From positions 254,200,001 through 254,264,000 of the forward strand of contig OZ024743.1 of the NCBI GenBank assembly GCA_964016885.1: 64,000 nucleotides of DNA, in the 5' to 3' direction. A model generated the notes under the pieces. The model worked only from the letters and a program-made list of their open reading frames with translations, had not been told where the DNA came from and made no database searches. The translations under genes and the position numbers were made by a program. Position 1 is the first letter of the stretch; each line of letters opens with the position of its first letter. Of this stretch, positions 53,901-64,000 are shown piece by piece. Source of the DNA: Eledone cirrhosa (Eukaryota).

Positions 53901-55046
53901 CATGATTCCTACTCCACCCAGCCCATTGTCGTTTCCCACCCAGAAAAGCTTATAACATCGTTTTCTACCCACAATGTATCTAGCAGATCCACCCCTCCAC
54001 CTGGTCTCTTGAATACAACAAACATCGACCTCCTTACGTTCAAGCATTTCTACAACCTCGTTAGAGCGACCCTTTAAGGTGCCTACATTCAAGGTACCAA
54101 ATCTGAAGTTTTGGATTGCGTTTGGGGGGTTGGAAAGGTGGGGAGCGGGGGGAGATGGGGTTATGTTAGCCATCCGCGGCCGAAACAAAGAGGCATGCTC
54201 GCATTTTCGTCCTCGAGGTGTGATTGTCTTTAACTTTGGCATTTTCGCTGAGCGTCCAGATTTTTCTCTCTTCAACTCTCCGGAACTCCGTAGTCCTTCC
54301 ATCCTACATATCGAAGGCGACCAGGTAAGCGATAGTATAGGCCTCTGGCTTATGATTGGTCCACGTAATAATAATGGTGGTGTGTGGGGGCGGGCGGGAG
54401 GGGTGTTGTGTTGTTAGCGAGAAGATAGGTTTAAGTGAGAACCCCGTATTAACGAACAAAAATACAAGATTTGTTTAGTAAATATACGTCAAAAACTTCC
54501 GTATTTTTACGAGCATGACAGAAATACAAGAGATTTGTTTTGGAAAATACATGGGGAATGGAAAGAGGATAGAAAAAATGCTATTGGAAGGACTAAAAAG
54601 GCTGTTGGAAGGACTGACTATGGAGTTAGGCGTATGTTAGAAGAGGTGGAAAAATGAGTACATTACATTATAATCATGAATGAATGAAGTTACAGCCACA
54701 TTTTAGCGAAAGTGAATTACTTTGTCGTATATATGTATCTGGGTTGGGTAGAGAGAGAGAGGGGTGGGTGGTGGTGGTGATTTGACCGCATGTTGTAGAG
54801 TGTGGTGGAGGGGAAGGAGATATTAAGGAGCGGTAATTAAGAGTTTGAAATAGTAACATATATTTGAAATATTGTTAGGAGTTTGAAGTAACAAATATAT
54901 TTAAAATATTTGTATATGAGAAGATAGGTTTTAAGTGAGAACCCCGTATTAACGAACAAAAATACAAGATTTGTTTAGTAAATATACGTCAAAAACTTCC
55001 GTATTTTTACAAGCATGACAGAAATACAAGAGATTTGTTTTGGAAA

Positions 55047-55052
<6 letters not shown>
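50942..55052 (-). mobile_element. Near full-length RTE-clade LINE with 3' tail missing
   Basis: APE ~53600-54300 (internal deletion at ~53895), linker 52732..53598, RT 51267..52760, and 5' duplicated module 54419-54552 / 54918-55052. Confidence 0.95.
51267..52760 (-). CDS. RTE reverse transcriptase with inserted PHD-type finger (open segment of a frameshifted ORF)
   Basis: FVDLEKAFDRVP, GVHQGSVLSP, LYADD, C4HC3 cluster, FRYLG, GRPRKTW. Confidence 0.85.
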   Translation of the reverse strand: MDWRSSIIVNCYKGKGDALDRSNYRDIKLIDQVMKVTEKVIAQLIRERIDLDEMQYGFVSGKSTTDALFIVRQLQEKYLAKSKPLYLAFVDLEKAFDRVPRSIIWWALRKLGVDEWLVRAIQAMYKETVSKVRINNEYSEEFSVKVGVHQGSVLSPLLFIIALQAITVEFKTGCPWELLYADDLTLIAESMAELEKKFQTWKHGLESKGLKINLAKTKVLVCKKENKAAVPSGKWPCAECRKGVGRNSILCPKCKVWVHKRCSGITGKLTKNIDFTCGRCSGEISSSKCPQNTSSFNCAEGSIEIVDSFRYLGDKISSGGGCSESTVARVRTGWKKFRELIPLLAAKGFSLKMKGRLYDACIRTAMLHGSETWALCAEDIRRLERNEACMLRWMCNSNIRERQSINELRKKLEIRGIRCCLLERRLRWYGHVMRMKDDSCITKCRAIKIDGSHGIGRPRKTWDELINSDHTHLHLTKTMSLDRDVWRYSVIEKTRLI

Positions 55053-55092
<40 letters not shown>

Positions 55093-55102
55093 ATATATAT
55101 AA

Positions 55103-55142
<40 letters not shown>

Positions 55143-55161
55143 ATATACATGTATATATATG

Positions 55162-55195
<34 letters not shown>

Positions 55196-55260
55196 CATGT
55201 GTATATATATATATGTATGTATATATATACACATGTATATGTGTATATATGTATATATAT

Positions 55261-55306
<46 letters not shown>

Positions 55307-55382
55307 GTGTATATATATGTATATATACATGTGTATATATATATATACATGTGCATATATATATATATATATGTATATATAC

Positions 55383-55418
<36 letters not shown>

Positions 55419-55577
55419 GTGCATATATATAATGTATATATATATATATATACATGTGTATATATATATATGTATATATATACATGTATATATATATATG
55501 TGTATATACATGTGTATATATATATGTCTATATATATATATATGTGTGTGTATATACATGTGCATATATATATATAT

Positions 55578-55659
<82 letters not shown>

Positions 55660-55944
55660 GTATATATATGTATATATATATGTATGCATATATATATATG
55701 AATGTATATATATATATATGTTCTACTGGTTTTATACTTTCACAAAATTTTACCAATAGAGAGAGAGTCGGTTTCTAACATAGACACAAGTCTCTCTCAT
55801 TGGAATTTACACAACATCAACTAGGTAGATATGTATGTATGCATGTGTAGATATGGATGTCATTGTATGTGTGGATGTGTATGTTTTGAGTTGTACGTGT
55901 GCATGTGTATATGCTTTGTATCTGTACATGTGTATATGCAGATA

Positions 55945-58231
55945 TTAGATGCAACATTTTTGGAATGTTTTGCATTTGTTTACTGTTCCATTAATGGATT
56001 GTACTTGTAGTTTCCTAACTAGTTGTGTTCTTTCTGTTCCTGTGAAGCCTAGCTTCTCAAGATTTGTATTGAGGCAGTGACTAACATATCCCAGTGCCCC
56101 ACCAATCACAGGCATAAATCTGAAGGTACAATTAGGGTGGAGTATCTGCTGATTTCTCATCAGTTATGCATAAATATTCTCCTTTTAACTAATCTTTGAT
56201 ATTACATTGGCATCTGCTGGGCAGCTAATTTCAACTACTATACATATTTTCTTCTCCCTGTCCCATATCATAATATCTGGTCTTTTATGCCTGCATTTTA
56301 TTGGGGTTTTTACTGGAACATTCCACCAGTACTCTTTCATATTATGTACATGGAAGTCTTCCACATTGTTGTAGCTTTTAATGTGTTTATTATCGGGGCT
56401 ATCTTTTTCACGAACTGCATTGTACAGTGTTTTGGCCACTACTTCATGCCTCATAGGTTGATAGTACCGCGATGACATCTTTGGACAGCTGCTGATGACG
56501 TGGGTGATATCCTCAATGTTAGTTCTGCAGAGACTACACTTTTTATCACATCTAGGTGTTTTGCCTGTATTCCTATCTCTTTTGTGAATCAGGTATTTCG
56601 TGCTAATCTCCTGTTCTTGGATTGCAAAAGCGTATCCTTCAAAGTGGGAGCCAATATAGCGGTTGTTGGTCCAAGATAGACTACTTTCCTTATCTATATT
56701 AAGGAGCTTCCTGGCAACATATCCATGCATGATTTTTTGCTGATAGGCATGCAGTTTTTCATCCATGGATTGACTGCGATACTGCTGAGCGACATCCCTG
56801 GGTGTGAGTGTTTGATTATCACACAGGGAATATCTCTCAAGTAGTTCCTTCCCATCTCTCATGATCTTATCTGTTTCATGCAGATAGACTTGCTCGAGAA
56901 GCGGGCTCCTACGCTTCGAGGTTCGTAGATGTTGTCGGAGAGATATGATGCAACATTCAAATGTTGTCTGGACTGATGTTAGGCCACTGCCTCTCTGCTT
57001 ACGTTTCAAGTAAAGGCGGTCTATGTCACTGTTGATGTGGAAATTTCCGCTGTTGTTCAGTATCTTTCGAGTTCCAACATCAACTGCTCGGATTTCGTCT
57101 ATCGTCCAATTGAGTATCCCAAACGTTGGTGTTCGGACAGGCACAGAAGACACATTGAGAGCCACTGTTTTGTTTTGCGCAGAGAGTTCCGATGACCAGA
57201 TCTTTCTTAATCGGGTGTAGTATTCCCTGGTTACGCGTTCTTTATTACAGATACCACTATAGGATATGTTCTCATCTATCCCCAGGTATCTGTAGCAGTC
57301 CTCATCAGATATCGGTGAAACAGTTAGAGCATTGATGACAATGTTGCTAGATAGGGTTGTTGTTTTTCCCCGCTTTACAGTCATATATGAGCATTTATCT
57401 TGGCCAAACTCCATTCCTATATCCTTTGAGAACTTTGTAACCAGGTCAAGATTTTTGTTCATCCCATCCATGTTCTTGGCATAGAGTTTCAGATCGTCCA
57501 CAAAGAAGTTATGGGTTAGGTTCGTATTTTTGTCCTCCTGTGAGCCAATGATGTATCCCTCACATTTCTTGAGCAGAAAGGACAAGGGGTTTAATGACAA
57601 GATGAACAATATCACAGAGAGACTGTCCCCCTGAAATATACCCCTGCAATATTTTATTTTATCAGTGAAAATAGAGTCCTCCCTCTCTGTCTTTAACCTT
57701 AGGATAGTAGCCCAAGAAGAAGACAGCCTCTCTATGGCTCTGACAATAATGTCTGGGACTTTAGCAAGTTGGAGGGCTTCTATCATCCAAGAGTGGGGAA
57801 CAGAATCAAAAGCTTTCCTGTAGTCCAGCCAGACTGTAGTCATACTCCTCCTATGTTGTCGCACCTCCGACATAGGAGTTTTGTTAATTAGGAGTTGTTC
57901 AGCACATGCCCAAACCCTTTTCTTTCCAGCTGCTTGTTCATCTGTGATGATGTTATTATTTTCACTGTGATCTTGGAGGAATAGGTTCAGGCAGGCTGTA
58001 TACATCTTATACATCAGGTTCTGACATGCAATGGGTCGGTAGTTTTTGCCAAGTGGGTGTCTTTGTTCTTGGGAAGAAGTAATGTTTGTGCTAATGTCAA
58101 CCATTCTGGTATAAGTGTATCTCCCTTAAGAACTTGTTGGTAGAGGTCAGTAACATACCTCCGATAGAATATTAATTTTATGTACCAGTAGCCGACAATC
58201 ATGTGTCTTCCTGGTGTTTTCTTATCTTATG

Positions 58232-58232
<1 letters not shown>
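55945..58232 (-). mobile_element. R4/Dong-clade LINE (RT + CCHC knuckle + restriction-like endonuclease), 5'-truncated
   Basis: NYRPIAC, WLDYRKAFDSVPH, RGIFQGDSLS, FVDDLKL, CSLC..HVISSC, RPD..VEISCP and GALG motifs. Stop near 56185 and frameshift near 58060. Confidence 0.92.
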
Positions 58233-62678
<4,446 letters not shown>

Positions 62679-62718
62679 CATATATATATACATGTGTATT
62701 TATATAAATATATATATA

Positions 62719-63203
62719 TGTACAGCCACCGGAAATAACATTTGTGAAATATACAGCGCCATCTACCTGTTAGCTAGCTACCTCACCGTGAAACAAAACA
62801 ACCCTTAGAAGCTACCAGAATAAACGCCTACACAGGGGCTAAACATAAAACGATTATTTCTGTATAAATAGAGTGGTTGCAAACACTTCGCCAGTCGACA
62901 TTTGGCAGTGTCAACCCGCGTATCGTTGTTCCTCGCCTCTGCCACGCTTTGTCACTCACACACGCCTTGTACCTTGTATCGTCGCTTCATGGGAAAATAA
63001 ATAGCTGATCGAAATTACATCTCTCGCCTTGCTTCGTCCTTTCAACTTGTGCTTTCGTCTGTTCATCCTTACCGTATGTGACAACAGTTCTTTTAAGGGC
63101 TATCTTCAGATCTGATCAGACGGTATGCGATAAGAGTTCTTCTAAGGGCTATTCTCGGATCTGATCAGAAGAGGTGACCAGACTGACTAACCACGTCGCT
63201 ACA
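62719..63203 (+). mobile_element. Solo LTR (probably Gypsy-type) inserted in (TA)n
   Basis: TGTA...TACA termini, TATAAATA at ~62863, AATAAA at ~62996, higher GC than flanks, 35-bp internal repeat at 63086/63136. Confidence 0.68.
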
Positions 63204-63389
63204 TATATATATACACAAATACTTATATGTAAGCAAACACATAAACAAATATGCATGTATGTGTATATATAGATTTATATGTATATATGTGTGTATGAAT
63301 ATATGTATATATAGTATATATATGTATGTATGAGGATGATGATGATGTGTATATATATATATATGTATATAGGTATTTATGTATGTACG

Positions 63390-63529
<140 letters not shown>

Positions 63530-64000
63530 TGTGTATATATATTCAAAAATAAAAGGTTGAGTTTTATATTGAATATTAATGTAATGTTGAAGTCAATGCC
63601 GTGAGATATTTGCCTGTAATAAAAAGTAGAGTGGTGTATATGTGTATGTAGGGGGAGAGAAATCTTGGTTGATTGTTCGCCTAGAGTGAGTGTGGGATGG
63701 GGAGAGCGTGTGTTCTGCATCTTAATTTGCATAACAAACGAAGATGATTATTCTTACCCTGCAATAAATTAATCAGTGACAGACTGCAATTCAGATTCCA
63801 AAATTTTTCAATATATTCAAAATGTCTTCCAATGAACCAGTTTTTTGACATCGAGTGCGGTAATTTAAATGAAAAGATTAAGTTCATTTAGCTTGAAGTT
63901 GTACTCTGATCACAAGAGGAGTGGGGCCTGGAGAGTAGGATGTGTGGAGGGTGGAGTGAAATAAAGTGGATGGAATCAGACCCAACATTTTCCAAAAATG

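Overview
AT-rich eukaryotic DNA made almost entirely of transposon relics embedded in (TA)n/(TACA)n/(CA)n/(ATG)n microsatellites. The repeat inventory suggests an animal, most likely an octopus/cephalopod (inference). No complete host gene is recognisable, and nearly all YIYI/CVCV ORFs are microsatellite artefacts. Contents: (1) several copies of one RTE-clade LINE with APE, RT and an inserted PHD finger, two near full length, plus tRNA/CORE SINEs that share its tail. (2) A 5'-truncated L1/Tx1 LINE with a 17-bp TSD. (3) An R4/Dong-type RLE LINE. (4) At least four Penelope-like elements, three of them Naiad-like. (5) A solo LTR. The most notable signal is about 10 type I hammerhead ribozyme (HHR) motifs. 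Several sit in non-coding 350-720 bp cassettes bounded by 115-140 bp direct repeats (one instead by short imperfect inverted repeats) and inserted in (TA)n. Two of these (17706-18428 and 50301-50936) are diverged homologues with covarying ribozyme stems and the same ends, so they are a candidate retrozyme-like / non-autonomous Penelope family. Large fold-back palindromes occur nearby, one centred on a hammerhead stem II. There is also a weak parvovirus-capsid/PLA2-like relic near 24.3-25.0 kb. All alignments and folds were done by eye.
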